DNA of 64,000 bases from an uncultured Candidatus Saccharibacteria bacterium (lineage in GTDB: Bacteria > Patescibacteriota > UBA1384 > XYA2-FULL-43-10 > 1-14-0-10-43-13): contig CAZGWE010000003.1 of assembly GCA_964529405.1 (NCBI GenBank), positions 17,192-81,191 on the forward strand, given 5' to 3'. Of the stretch, positions 19,532-29,069 are shown in pieces (the stretch's first letter is position 1; each line of letters opens with the position of its first letter). Position numbers and translations under genes: made by a program. The notes under the pieces are model-generated. The model worked only from the letters and a program-made list of their open reading frames with translations. It was not told where the DNA came from and did not search any database.

Positions 19532-20135
19532 GTATTTTATCGCCCTGACTCCCGAGCAACAGCTCTACAAAAAGATTGAATCGGTTAAGTCTTATGTTTT
19601 CGAGAACTTTGGCGACCAAGCTTATTTGCTTGACCCGCCCCACTCCACCCTCTGTGTCGGCACGACCGGTAATATCAAAGAAACTAACCGAGAGCTAGAA
19701 AAATTCACCGAGACAAACAAAAGGGTCGGTTTTGGAATAATCGATTGGCTCATCTTCGCCAATGACAAAGTGACAAAATCGTCATCACTGGTTTTGAGGT
19801 TTGATGAAAATTGCATCAAATCCCTTAGGCAGGTTCAAGCCGGAGTTCTGGATGCCGTCGCACCGTCGAGAAGCAAGGCGTGCGCAAAGAGGTATAAGAG
19901 CGTTAAATTTTCGCCAGTCGAGAAGCAAAATTTAATAAGCTTCGGCTTTCCCTATGCCGGCGAGATCTGGATCCCTCACATCGGCATCTGCGCTATGTCC
20001 GATGAACACATCGCCGATGTCAAGACAAAATTTGATATCAAAGACTTTAGCCAGCCAAGCTGTTTCGACCGGATTTCTTTATATAAACTTGAGAGCGAAA
20101 AACCAATATTAATTAATTCGTTTGATCTACTATGA
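19524..20135 (+). CDS. hypothetical protein, weak 2H-phosphoesterase-like features
   Basis: PHSTL and PHIGI resemble degenerate HxT/S motifs. The longer track ORF overlaps the upstream gene, so the start is taken at the internal MIEYF. Confidence 0.25.
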   Translation: MIEYFIALTPEQQLYKKIESVKSYVFENFGDQAYLLDPPHSTLCVGTTGNIKETNRELEKFTETNKRVGFGIIDWLIFANDKVTKSSSLVLRFDENCIKSLRQVQAGVLDAVAPSRSKACAKRYKSVKFSPVEKQNLISFGFPYAGEIWIPHIGICAMSDEHIADVKTKFDIKDFSQPSCFDRISLYKLESEKPILINSFDLL

Positions 20136-20836
20136 AACATCAATTGTTAAAAAAAATGGTCTGGCAAGCTAATCGGGCGCTATCTGGTTCCGGTTTGATT
20201 ATTTTAACCTGGGGCAATGCCAGCGCTTACGATCGTGAAGCGGGCGTAATTGCTATCAAACCAAGCGGTGTTTCTTACGCCGAGATGAAAGTTGACGATA
20301 TCGTCGTACTTGATATCGAGGGTAAAATTATTGATGGTAATAAAAAACCGAGCGTCGATACGCCAACGCATTTAGAAATTTACCGCAGCTTTCCAGCTAT
20401 TAACGGTATCGTCCACACCCACTCACTCCACGCCACCGCCTTCGCCCAGGCCGGCACACCGATTGAATGCCTCGGCACAACACACGCCGACCACTTTTAC
20501 GGCCGTATTCCGGTGGCCAGAAAGTTATTGAAAAGAGAAATGGACGCCTATGAAAAAAACACCGGCAAGGTCATCGTTGAATTATTCCGCCAAGAGCAAC
20601 TCGATCCGCTTCATGTTCCGGGCTGTCTGGTGGCCGGCCACGGCGTCTTTACCTGGGGCAAGAGTGCTGATGACGCAGTCAATAATGGGATTGTTGCCGA
20701 GTTTCTGGCTAAGGCGAATCTGGCAACTTGCACTATTAACAACAAGACAGTGAAACTGCCTAAGCACATTCTGGAAACCCATTTTTTAAGAAAACATGGT
20801 AAAAATAGCTATTATGGACAAGGAGAAAAGAAATGA
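20132..20836 (+). CDS. class II aldolase/adducin-family protein, L-ribulose-5-phosphate 4-epimerase (AraD)-like
   Basis: 234 aa; IKPSGV, VHTHS, GHGVFTWG motifs of AraD/FucA family; 4-nt overlaps on both sides (operon). Confidence 0.7.
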   Translation: MKHQLLKKMVWQANRALSGSGLIILTWGNASAYDREAGVIAIKPSGVSYAEMKVDDIVVLDIEGKIIDGNKKPSVDTPTHLEIYRSFPAINGIVHTHSLHATAFAQAGTPIECLGTTHADHFYGRIPVARKLLKREMDAYEKNTGKVIVELFRQEQLDPLHVPGCLVAGHGVFTWGKSADDAVNNGIVAEFLAKANLATCTINNKTVKLPKHILETHFLRKHGKNSYYGQGEKK

Positions 20837-21594
20837 TTAATTTGATTCCAATGGCCGGACTTGGCAACCGCTTTGCCGCCGCCGGCTATACCACCCCAAA
20901 AGCCTTAATTCCGATTTCCGGCAAACCGATGATTTTACGCGTAACTGAAATGATGCCCAAAGCCGATAAGTGGGTCTTTGTTTTGCGAAAGGAGCATGTC
21001 GACAAGTACCAAGTTGACGAGGCGATCAAGAAAGAGGTGCCCAACAGTGAATTTATTATTATCGATTACAACACCGAGGGCCAGCTTTCAACCTGCTTGT
21101 TAGCCGAAAAGTATATCAACAACGATGAGGAGCTGTTTATCGGCGCCTGCGACCACGGCTTTCTCTGGTCGGAGAAAAAGTTTAATTCGCTGCGCAAAAA
21201 ATATGACGTGGTACCCTGGGTTTTTACCAAACAGAAAACCCTCTCCGATAACCCGACCGCCTGGGGCTGGGTCAAAACCGATAAAGCGGACAACGTCTTA
21301 GGTGTCTCGGTCAAAACGCCTATCAGCGATACTCCCTTTGACGATTACGCTATCACCGCCGCTTTTTATTATCGCACCGGCAAGATTTTCCTTGATATCG
21401 CCAATAAAGTTATAGCCGATGATACCAGAATTAAAGGTGAATTTTATGCTGACACAACTATTGATTACGCCCCAAAGATGAATTACAAGACCAAAGCCTT
21501 TGTGGTTGATAAATATTTGAGTTGGGGCACCCCACGAGACTACGAAGAGTTCCTCTTCTGGCAAGAAGTATTTGGAAAAGTAAAGTTCATGTAA
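20833..21594 (+). CDS. sugar-phosphate nucleotidyltransferase (MobA/LicC-like NTP_transferase)
   Basis: The N-terminus LIPMAGLGNRFAAAGYTTPKALIPISGKPMI is a G-rich nucleotide-binding loop typical of sugar nucleotidyltransferases. Confidence 0.6.
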   Translation: MINLIPMAGLGNRFAAAGYTTPKALIPISGKPMILRVTEMMPKADKWVFVLRKEHVDKYQVDEAIKKEVPNSEFIIIDYNTEGQLSTCLLAEKYINNDEELFIGACDHGFLWSEKKFNSLRKKYDVVPWVFTKQKTLSDNPTAWGWVKTDKADNVLGVSVKTPISDTPFDDYAITAAFYYRTGKIFLDIANKVIADDTRIKGEFYADTTIDYAPKMNYKTKAFVVDKYLSWGTPRDYEEFLFWQEVFGKVKFM

Positions 21595-21648
21595 TCTTAT
21601 CTATCCCTCCCCTAGATTAGGGGAGGCTAGGTGAGGTAGAAGAGCCCT

Positions 21649-22059
21649 ATGAAACAGCTTTTTGTTAAGTATCGCCACTTTATCGTCTTCTCCCTGATCG
21701 GGGCATTTTGCGTTGTGATTGATTTTGTCTTTTACCTTCTCTTCCTAAAAATTTTTGACATCGTTGTTCTCTCTAAAATCTGCTCCTCAATCATCAGCGT
21801 CAGCGTAAACTACCTTTTAAACTCCCGCTTCAACTTTGACAATAAGCAAAAAGTCAGCACCAAATTCTATACTCAGTATTTAATTGTTTATGCTTTCCTG
21901 ATCGGCCTCAATGCCCTCTTTAATTCGGTTTTTCTTCAAACTACCGGCAGCATTAACCTCTCCTTCTGGCTAGCCGCCATAATCGCCGCTTTCACCAATT
22001 ACGCCGCCATCAAGATCTTCTTCAAGGTCATCAATAGATCATATCGCTTGCCAATCTGA
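21649..22059 (+). CDS. GtrA-family membrane protein
   Basis: 136 aa, 4 hydrophobic helices, YLLNSRFNF motif. Confidence 0.6.
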   Translation: MKQLFVKYRHFIVFSLIGAFCVVIDFVFYLLFLKIFDIVVLSKICSSIISVSVNYLLNSRFNFDNKQKVSTKFYTQYLIVYAFLIGLNALFNSVFLQTTGSINLSFWLAAIIAAFTNYAAIKIFFKVINRSYRLPI

Positions 22060-22243
22060 ATATATTTAGTCATTTGAGCAAAGTTCTAACCCGTTCGACA
22101 GACTCGGGACAACCTCCGCAAAGAATCCCTCGGCAAACTCAGGATAAGTTCTGTAGAGGGATTTTTTAGTAACCCAACAAAAAAGACGGCAACCCTAGCG
22201 GTCACCGCCCAACACACCCTCCCACTCTGGCTACTGAGGAACC

Positions 22244-23263
22244 TCAGTAGCTGATCGACAACAGGTCGCCGATCTCTGCGCGGAAGCGCAAAGCCGCGCC
22301 GACGAGCTTGCTCTCAATCTCACGGCTAGCCGTAAACACGGTGCCAGCTCGATGCCACATCTCTTTGGGCGAAACCGCGGCCGCGTTAGCCGTGAGCTGC
22401 TCGCCGAAGATATCAACCTCGAGTCGCACATTGCCGCCGGTCTGATCGAGCGCCCGGGCAATGGCTTGTGTGGGAGCAGTGTCCCACACCTTCCAGTCCG
22501 GTTGGCAGTTGAACGAGATATTCATCGGCTCAAGCGCCGTGAATGCCTCTAGCTTACCAACCGGCTCCACGAGAGAACGGAAGACTTGCAGCGCCTGCAA
22601 GCCCGCTCCACCTGTCGGTACCTGTACAGCGTCGATACCAAGCTCATACAGGAGTTCGGTGAAACGCTCATCGAAAAGGGACTGCGGGTAGTAGATCCGT
22701 CGGTTATACCGGATCTGTCCTTTCTGGCGGTCCCTGATCGGCCGCACACCCATGATGCGGACGCTACCTTCCTCTTCGGTGGCAAAGCACACCTGCCGCC
22801 CCTCGCTGATGAGAGCGAACTGGCCCAGCACGTGATATATCATACCCGCCACCGGAAGGAACGGCTCGTTAGGCGATTCCCGGCAAAGCTTGGTGATGAG
22901 AACGGTCGGCGATATGACCTGATCCGTTCTCACCGACTTCGCCAGGTCGCCACTCCCGTCGAGCGGATCGACCATGTAGATCTCCGTCGCCATCCGGCGA
23001 TCGGGCGAGTCCTGCTCCTCGGTGAAAGAGCCGGGGTAGCGCCCCGCGAGGCCTTCCACACCCGGAATGCCGCCATAGAGGAGGGCATGACTTGCGCTTA
23101 CGTCCACCTCTGTAACGACTTCGCCGAAGTTGGCTCCGGCAGTAACGAGCTTGATGCCCGTCTTCTTGCGCATCGCGGGCAGGATCACCGCCGCTACGAC
23201 GCGCGCGACCTGGGGGAACACCCATCTCTGCATCTCGTCAGTGTGAGATATACCTGCTAGCAT
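22244..23263 (-). CDS. inositol-monophosphatase/FBPase/CysQ-family (FIG superfamily) phosphatase
   Basis: MVDPLDGSGD (DPxDG metal site) and WDTAPTQAIA (WDxA) motifs; gene lies in a ~65% GC segment. Confidence 0.65.
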   Translation of the reverse strand: MLAGISHTDEMQRWVFPQVARVVAAVILPAMRKKTGIKLVTAGANFGEVVTEVDVSASHALLYGGIPGVEGLAGRYPGSFTEEQDSPDRRMATEIYMVDPLDGSGDLAKSVRTDQVISPTVLITKLCRESPNEPFLPVAGMIYHVLGQFALISEGRQVCFATEEEGSVRIMGVRPIRDRQKGQIRYNRRIYYPQSLFDERFTELLYELGIDAVQVPTGGAGLQALQVFRSLVEPVGKLEAFTALEPMNISFNCQPDWKVWDTAPTQAIARALDQTGGNVRLEVDIFGEQLTANAAAVSPKEMWHRAGTVFTASREIESKLVGAALRFRAEIGDLLSISY

Positions 23264-23420
23264 CTACTTTCCCTTCCACCGGCACGTTTGCCAGTCCTGC
23301 GTATTATACATTTATAGAATAATATGTCAACATCCCTTTCTTGATATACACAGTTAATTATGGTATGGTGGTGAGCTTAGCTAGACTATCAGACAGATAA
23401 GCTAAGCAGAGGGGGACAAC

Positions 23421-23921
23421 ATGCCGAAAACAATACAAATCCAGGACGTCACCGAGGAGAAGTTGAGATCCGGCAAACTGAGAAGACTGCTGCCGGAGAT
23501 CTACGATCTCAAGCGCGTAGTCGAGAACAACGTCTGGCATAAGAACCAGACGGTCTTCGACCACACCGTCGGAGTCTTCCAGGGCATGAGGGAGGTCTTG
23601 GACTTTCGCCTCAACGAAACTTTAAAGGCGCGGCTAGCCAGTACCCAGGTCGGCACGTTGTCTCGGTCTGAAGCCCTGCTTGCCGCCGCCCTGCTCCACG
23701 ACATTGCCAAACCGGTGACCTGGAAACGCGATGTCACCGGCATCACTTCGTGTCCCTGGCACGAGGAAATCGGTAGTACCATGGTACCCGCTTTCGCCGA
23801 TCGGCTCTGTCTCGATCTGATGGATGTGCAACACATCCAAAGCCTAATCAAGGGCCATGGCTTCGCCTATGGTACCTTCACCCTTATCTCCGACTTGCTT
23901 GACCTTTTAAAGGATTTTTGA
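23421..23921 (+). CDS. HD-domain phosphohydrolase
   Basis: H..H ... LLHDIAKP motif; ~55% GC. Confidence 0.55.
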   Translation: MPKTIQIQDVTEEKLRSGKLRRLLPEIYDLKRVVENNVWHKNQTVFDHTVGVFQGMREVLDFRLNETLKARLASTQVGTLSRSEALLAAALLHDIAKPVTWKRDVTGITSCPWHEEIGSTMVPAFADRLCLDLMDVQHIQSLIKGHGFAYGTFTLISDLLDLLKDF

Positions 23922-23933
23922 GAGAGTACCACT

Positions 23934-24920
23934 ATGATGTGGTTTAGCTTCATCGCACTCCTACTAATTGCTTCGTTTGCCTACTCTGCCATAGGCAAGA
24001 TTTTGGTCATTAAAAAAATCTTTACCTCAATAATGGTTGGCTTGAGCTTTTCGGGCTTGCTGGTCGGCACGCTGGCCAATTTTAACGCCGGCATCATCAG
24101 GCCGGTGGCTGTTACCGTCATTACTATCGGGCTAATTCTGGCTATAAGAAACATCAGAAAATCAGACAGCGCCAAAATTGATCCCTCTCTCTACGCTTTT
24201 CTGGCTGCGGTCGGCCTGACATTATTTATTCTCAATTATCCAACAAGAGTTTTTTTAGATAACAACACTTTGCTTTACAATATTCATTACTCCTACTTCT
24301 CCAATCTCTCCTCGGAAATGTTGACCGCTAACTATTTTAGCCGGTTAAGAGTGTCTGAGTTCGTACCTTACGAGTGGAGCATCTACCACTTTTTCAACTC
24401 CGGTGTGCAGGCATCAATCTCCGGCCTCATTCCCCGCCCCGGCCTCTTTTCTTATTTTTTCGCCCAGCTCTTCGTCGTTATTTTTATAATTTTAGCCCTG
24501 TTAGAAAACCTCTTCGATCTATTTGGTTTTAACGCAAGAACAGCGGCCGCCTCGGTCATCTGGTTAGCTTTTGGCTTTACCTTTTTTTCGAACGCCTTCG
24601 CCTGGAACCTGGCCACTACCGGCCCCCTCTCAGTCTTTGCGATGATCTTGCTCCTTATCTCGATTTACAAAAACAATACAAAAGAGTTCATTCTGTTTTC
24701 CTTAATACTGGGTGCCAGCGCCTTCCGCCTGCTGCCGCTAGCCATTGTTGCGTTTATCCTACTCTTTCTCTCCACTCTCCTGCCTGATTACAAGAAACCA
24801 AAAACAATATCGGCCACCTTTAAAAAACTTTTGCCCGATTACCCGACGCTGCTCTTCTATCTGCTCTTTCTAGCCTACAATGTCTCAACCATTATTTTTG
24901 GCTCTCTGCCGGCAAGGTAA
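23934..24920 (+). CDS. polytopic membrane protein, unknown function
   Basis: 328 aa, ~9 hydrophobic helices. Confidence 0.35.
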   Translation: MMWFSFIALLLIASFAYSAIGKILVIKKIFTSIMVGLSFSGLLVGTLANFNAGIIRPVAVTVITIGLILAIRNIRKSDSAKIDPSLYAFLAAVGLTLFILNYPTRVFLDNNTLLYNIHYSYFSNLSSEMLTANYFSRLRVSEFVPYEWSIYHFFNSGVQASISGLIPRPGLFSYFFAQLFVVIFIILALLENLFDLFGFNARTAAASVIWLAFGFTFFSNAFAWNLATTGPLSVFAMILLLISIYKNNTKEFILFSLILGASAFRLLPLAIVAFILLFLSTLLPDYKKPKTISATFKKLLPDYPTLLFYLLFLAYNVSTIIFGSLPAR

Positions 24921-24943
24921 GCTACCAAAAGGAACAAGACGCT

Positions 24944-25846
24944 ATGATCGACTTCCAATACAGCTTTCAAGATGATTGGTCATCGGGATTGGCCTTTTAC
25001 CGGACCATTGGTATCTTTATTCAGCGCTTTCTCCATCGGGGCGTCTTTTTGGAGGCCAACTTTAACAACTCAATGCATAAACCGATTGAAAATATACTCT
25101 CTAGCTGGTTTTTATTTATCTCGGCCATCTTTGCCTTCATCTTTCTTATCGATTGCCTGATCTGCTACTATAATAAAGCCGGACTAAAAAAAACCATCAA
25201 CATGGCTTCCCTCTTTCTGGTTGGCTTGTTAGGCTCTGCCGGCCTGGCCCGGATATTTCCCAAGATCGCAGTAGCCAAGCTGGTCCTGGTCACCGCACCC
25301 TATCTGCTCTTGAGCCTCGGCCTGCTTTATTTGGTCCAAAATCAGATAGCACCGAAATTTTTTTCCAATAAAGATGGCGCCGCCCGCCCATTGGTTAATC
25401 CCTTTATCTTCCTGATTCTGATGGTTTTGACAGGTTTTGCCATGCAGTTTCTAAGGTTGGGTCCGGCCGTTAAAATACCGGCGCTTTTTATACCCTACGA
25501 CATTCTGCTTTGGGGCATACTCGGTCTTTTTCTCTTTGTTCACTCGCACATTAAGATCAAACTTTTATACCAAACCCTCTTTGTTGTCATGCTGGTCTTT
25601 GTTTATGAAGTTCCTCTAAATTCGCTTTTAACGATCAAATCGCCGGCCCCGATTGATATTTCCCCGCTCCTAGCGTCTAACCTTAATCGTTCCGACTACC
25701 TTGACAGCCGGAGCGGCCTGTGCAAATTTGATTACGACGATCAGACTAAAACCGTTGTTTATGCGGCCGTTCTGGGTTGCGACCTCAAATACTCGGCGGC
25801 CAGGAAAGAATCTTTAAGCATTAACTTTTTGGCAAAAGACAAGTGA
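24944..25846 (+). CDS. polytopic membrane protein, unknown function
   Basis: 300 aa; hydrophobic helices; begins 23 nt after previous membrane ORF. Confidence 0.35.
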   Translation: MIDFQYSFQDDWSSGLAFYRTIGIFIQRFLHRGVFLEANFNNSMHKPIENILSSWFLFISAIFAFIFLIDCLICYYNKAGLKKTINMASLFLVGLLGSAGLARIFPKIAVAKLVLVTAPYLLLSLGLLYLVQNQIAPKFFSNKDGAARPLVNPFIFLILMVLTGFAMQFLRLGPAVKIPALFIPYDILLWGILGLFLFVHSHIKIKLLYQTLFVVMLVFVYEVPLNSLLTIKSPAPIDISPLLASNLNRSDYLDSRSGLCKFDYDDQTKTVVYAAVLGCDLKYSAARKESLSINFLAKDK

Positions 25847-26580
25847 ATATGAAAAAATACTCCATCATCGTTCCCTGTTACAATGAAGCCAAAAACATTC
25901 CCCTGATTTTAAAACGTTTCCAAACAGCTATCGGCAAACGCTCGGATACCGAACTTATTCTGGTCAACAATGGTTCTGTTGACGATTCAGACAAGGTCAT
26001 CTCTGCCAACCTGCCGCGCTTCACCTTTGCCAAATCGATCAAGGTGACCAAAAATATCGGCTACGGCCACGGTGTCCTGACCGGGCTCAAAGAGGCCAAT
26101 GGGCAGTTCCTTGGCTGGACCCATGCCGATATGCAAACCGACCCGGTTGATGTTTTGAAAGCGTTTGCAATTTTAGAGGGAGCCGACAAACCAGATAATA
26201 TTTTTATTAAAGGCAGAAGGGTCGGACGTCCGGTATTTGACCGCTTGTTTAGCCTTGGAATGGGTGTATACGCTTCATTAAAACTTAGAGTCAGATTTTA
26301 TGAGATCAACGCCCAACCGACCATCTTCTCAAAAAGATTTTTTAACTCCTGGCGCAACCCGCCCTCCGACTTTTCTCTCGACCTCTTTGCCTATTGGCAA
26401 GCCCAAAAAAACAATTTGCGAATTATCCGCTTTCCCGTCCTCTTTCCGGAAAGAAAGTTTGGCCAGTCGTCCTGGAACACCTCCTGGAAAAAACGAATAG
26501 CAATGATAAAAAGGTCAGCGGATTTTATCAAAAAGTTAAAAGAAAGGACAAAAAGTGAACTACATCGCCCACCGCGTTAA
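25843..26580 (+). CDS. GT2-family glycosyltransferase (polyprenyl-phosphate sugar synthase, DPM1/ArnC-like)
   Basis: YSIIVPCYNEAKNI, LVNNGSVDDS, GYGHGVLTG motifs. Confidence 0.7.
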   Translation: MNMKKYSIIVPCYNEAKNIPLILKRFQTAIGKRSDTELILVNNGSVDDSDKVISANLPRFTFAKSIKVTKNIGYGHGVLTGLKEANGQFLGWTHADMQTDPVDVLKAFAILEGADKPDNIFIKGRRVGRPVFDRLFSLGMGVYASLKLRVRFYEINAQPTIFSKRFFNSWRNPPSDFSLDLFAYWQAQKNNLRIIRFPVLFPERKFGQSSWNTSWKKRIAMIKRSADFIKKLKERTKSELHRPPR

Positions 26581-27148
26581 CACGATTGAAGAGTTAAAGA
26601 AAGTGCCCGGAGAGTATGGAGTCGAGATTGACCTGCGCGACCGCGACGACGGTAAAATCATTATGGTCCATGACCCCTTCACTCCGGGAGAGGATTTCGA
26701 GGAGTATCTTAAGCACTATCACCACGGTACCATGATTTTGAACATCAAGAGCGAGCGGATCGAGCACAAGGTTTTAGAACTTATCAAGAAAGCCGATGTT
26801 AAAGACTATTTCTTTTTGGACTCTTCATTTCCAATGATCTACCTCCTCTCCAACCAGGGTGAAAAAAATTTAGCCGTACGTTTTTCAGAATACGAAGGCT
26901 TGGATACTATATTAGCAGTCAAAGATCGAGTTAAGTGGATTTGGGTTGATTGCTTTACCAAACTACCCCTTGATGATAAAACGGTCAAAGCGCTCAAGGG
27001 AACCGGTCTGAAACTCTGCCTGGTCTCTCCGGAACTCCAGGGACGACCGGAAGATATCGAACCATACAAAAAGCAACTGAAAGACCTTGGCATCGCCTTT
27101 GACGCCATTTGCACTAAGATCTATAACATCGAAAAGTGGCAAGCCTGA
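26555..27148 (+). CDS. glycerophosphodiester phosphodiesterase-like (GDPD family) protein
   Basis: IAHRVN ... VEIDLRDRDDGKIIMVHD matches GDPD N-terminal signature. Confidence 0.5.
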   Translation: MNYIAHRVNTIEELKKVPGEYGVEIDLRDRDDGKIIMVHDPFTPGEDFEEYLKHYHHGTMILNIKSERIEHKVLELIKKADVKDYFFLDSSFPMIYLLSNQGEKNLAVRFSEYEGLDTILAVKDRVKWIWVDCFTKLPLDDKTVKALKGTGLKLCLVSPELQGRPEDIEPYKKQLKDLGIAFDAICTKIYNIEKWQA

Positions 27149-27162
27149 ACGAATATTTATTC

Positions 27163-28896
27163 TCACTTAACAGAAGCAATACTGTCTAAAGATAAATTTA
27201 ACGTGTCCGCTAACCGTTCTGTTGGAACTTGGCAAACTCCAATCATTTTGCTTCTTAGTTTTTCAGTAACGGACAGGTTGTTGCCAGGGCAAGATAATTG
27301 GCTCGGATTATAAGCAATATAAACATAGCCGAACTGGGTCACCTTTGACATGCTAAACTCTTTCTTGTGCGACATTAACGTCAACCCCTCTTCCGGTGAA
27401 TAAAGTAAAATGGGCCGCAAAAGATTAGCCGAGGCAAAGGGAAAGCTGATAGGAATTTTGTTCTCTTCCGGACTAATAAAAATAATCGGGGCTCGATCGC
27501 GAGGTAAAACAGAGTCCAATTCCGAATAAATTGCGGACGGCATTGTTTTTGATTCATTTAGATAGCCGTATTTATATTCAGCGAACAACTTCATGTTCTC
27601 ATTCGTTAATCCGTAAGTTGCAAGAATAATGATTAATCCGATTTTCCATTTTGCCAACTCGAATGGTTTTTGGCTGCAAATAACAGTTAGGGATAGAAGG
27701 AAAAAACCAAAGACTAGAGATAAATATACCGCCCAAGTGGCAGAAAACCAGTAGTGAATATAGACGAGATTCCTAAAAACGAAATGATATATAAAAGAAG
27801 GAACAAAAGCCAGCCAGATGGCCGCCATAACCGGACCAGATTTGTCATTGGTTGGCACTCTCCGATTTAATATGATCGCTAAAAAGAACAAGACCGCAGC
27901 AATGGCGCTTGCCGACACAGTAGCATATAAAATAGGCATAGACCAGCCTGCCAGAAATTGCCTTGCGGTGACAACTAAAAACGTGTCGGCAAGCGGTACC
28001 GAAGTTCTATCCTTACCCCTTAATAAAAAAATTTCCAGAAAGTAAGAATATCCTCGTAGGTTTGAGTACAAAGCAAACATAGCCAACACGGCCAGAACAC
28101 AACCAGCGATTAAAGATATAATATGTTTAAGTAGATATTTTGCAATAAGTATTTTTTCACGAAAATATGTACCCAGAACAACAGACAATAATACAATCGA
28201 AGCTATGCCAACACCTATTACGCTTAAATATTCAGAGAAACCGGCCAGAAAACCGATGACGGCAGTAATTACAAAACTTCCTTTACCGGCGAGGTAATTT
28301 GTTGCGCCACTCTTCTCTTTCAAGGCCATGGATATAACATATAGCCGGTTTAGACACCAGGCGGTAAGCACCAGAAAAACAACAAGAGACAGGGTTGGAG
28401 GAAAATAGCCGTCAATATTCCAAATCAATACCGGTTTGCTTGTCATAAAAAATAGGAGAACCAGATGAGTGATCCAAAATCCAAAAACAGGAAGCATCAT
28501 AAACGCCGATACTAACACAGCCAGCAAAATCACAACGTGGCCAATCACCTTTCCTAAAACAATCGGGTGCACCGATGATCCAAAGACGCGCTCTGCGCCA
28601 TAATGAAGCAAAAAAGCAAGCGGAGGCATAGAGAAATAATCCTGGTCTGATGCACTCCATTCCGGGACTTCCTGATCAATTGATCTGGATGGCACAACCG
28701 ATCTCGTAATAATACCTTCTCTTTGCCAATTCTCACTCGATATTACAACTTGCCCAAGCTGGTACTCAAAATGAGTAAATATTGGAGCTTTTGTAATTGG
28801 CAACCGTTGATATGTCAAAAAAGCAAACTCTACTGTCAACAACACTGCCAGGACAAGGTATCGGTTAAGCACAATCAATGATTTTAGTCGTTTCAT
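27163..28896 (-). CDS. large polytopic membrane protein, possible GT-C-type glycosyltransferase
   Basis: 577 aa, >12 hydrophobic helices, adjacent to a polyprenyl-P-sugar synthase-type GT2. Confidence 0.35.
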   Translation of the reverse strand: MKRLKSLIVLNRYLVLAVLLTVEFAFLTYQRLPITKAPIFTHFEYQLGQVVISSENWQREGIITRSVVPSRSIDQEVPEWSASDQDYFSMPPLAFLLHYGAERVFGSSVHPIVLGKVIGHVVILLAVLVSAFMMLPVFGFWITHLVLLFFMTSKPVLIWNIDGYFPPTLSLVVFLVLTAWCLNRLYVISMALKEKSGATNYLAGKGSFVITAVIGFLAGFSEYLSVIGVGIASIVLLSVVLGTYFREKILIAKYLLKHIISLIAGCVLAVLAMFALYSNLRGYSYFLEIFLLRGKDRTSVPLADTFLVVTARQFLAGWSMPILYATVSASAIAAVLFFLAIILNRRVPTNDKSGPVMAAIWLAFVPSFIYHFVFRNLVYIHYWFSATWAVYLSLVFGFFLLSLTVICSQKPFELAKWKIGLIIILATYGLTNENMKLFAEYKYGYLNESKTMPSAIYSELDSVLPRDRAPIIFISPEENKIPISFPFASANLLRPILLYSPEEGLTLMSHKKEFSMSKVTQFGYVYIAYNPSQLSCPGNNLSVTEKLRSKMIGVCQVPTERLADTLNLSLDSIASVK

Positions 28897-29069
28897 GCTT
28901 TAAGTTCCATGATTAATAGCTCATCTCATCGGTCAACGATAGCTTATCGGTATTATTACCGTTGTGCAAGGTTTGCCAGAGCTCAAAAATATAGCCAAAA
29001 TTGCTAATTATATTCGTAACGCCAAAACGGACACCACCTCCCGCCAATGCCCTTCGGTTGAAATCAACT

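Noticed and set aside
22231-23260. Stack of 60-224-aa ORFs in all frames (22231-22461, 22352-22552, 22461-22691, 22549-22785, 22586-23260, 22869-23225) overlapping the IMPase-family gene
   Set aside because: Typical stop-codon-poor alternative frames of high-GC DNA. Their translations are Arg/Ala/Gly/Pro-rich with no motifs, whereas the 339-aa minus-strand frame carries clear FIG-superfamily motifs.
23501-23851. Antisense ORFs 23501-23851 and 23634-23840 within the HD-domain gene
   Set aside because: Same high-GC artefact; the HD frame has the H..HD motif.
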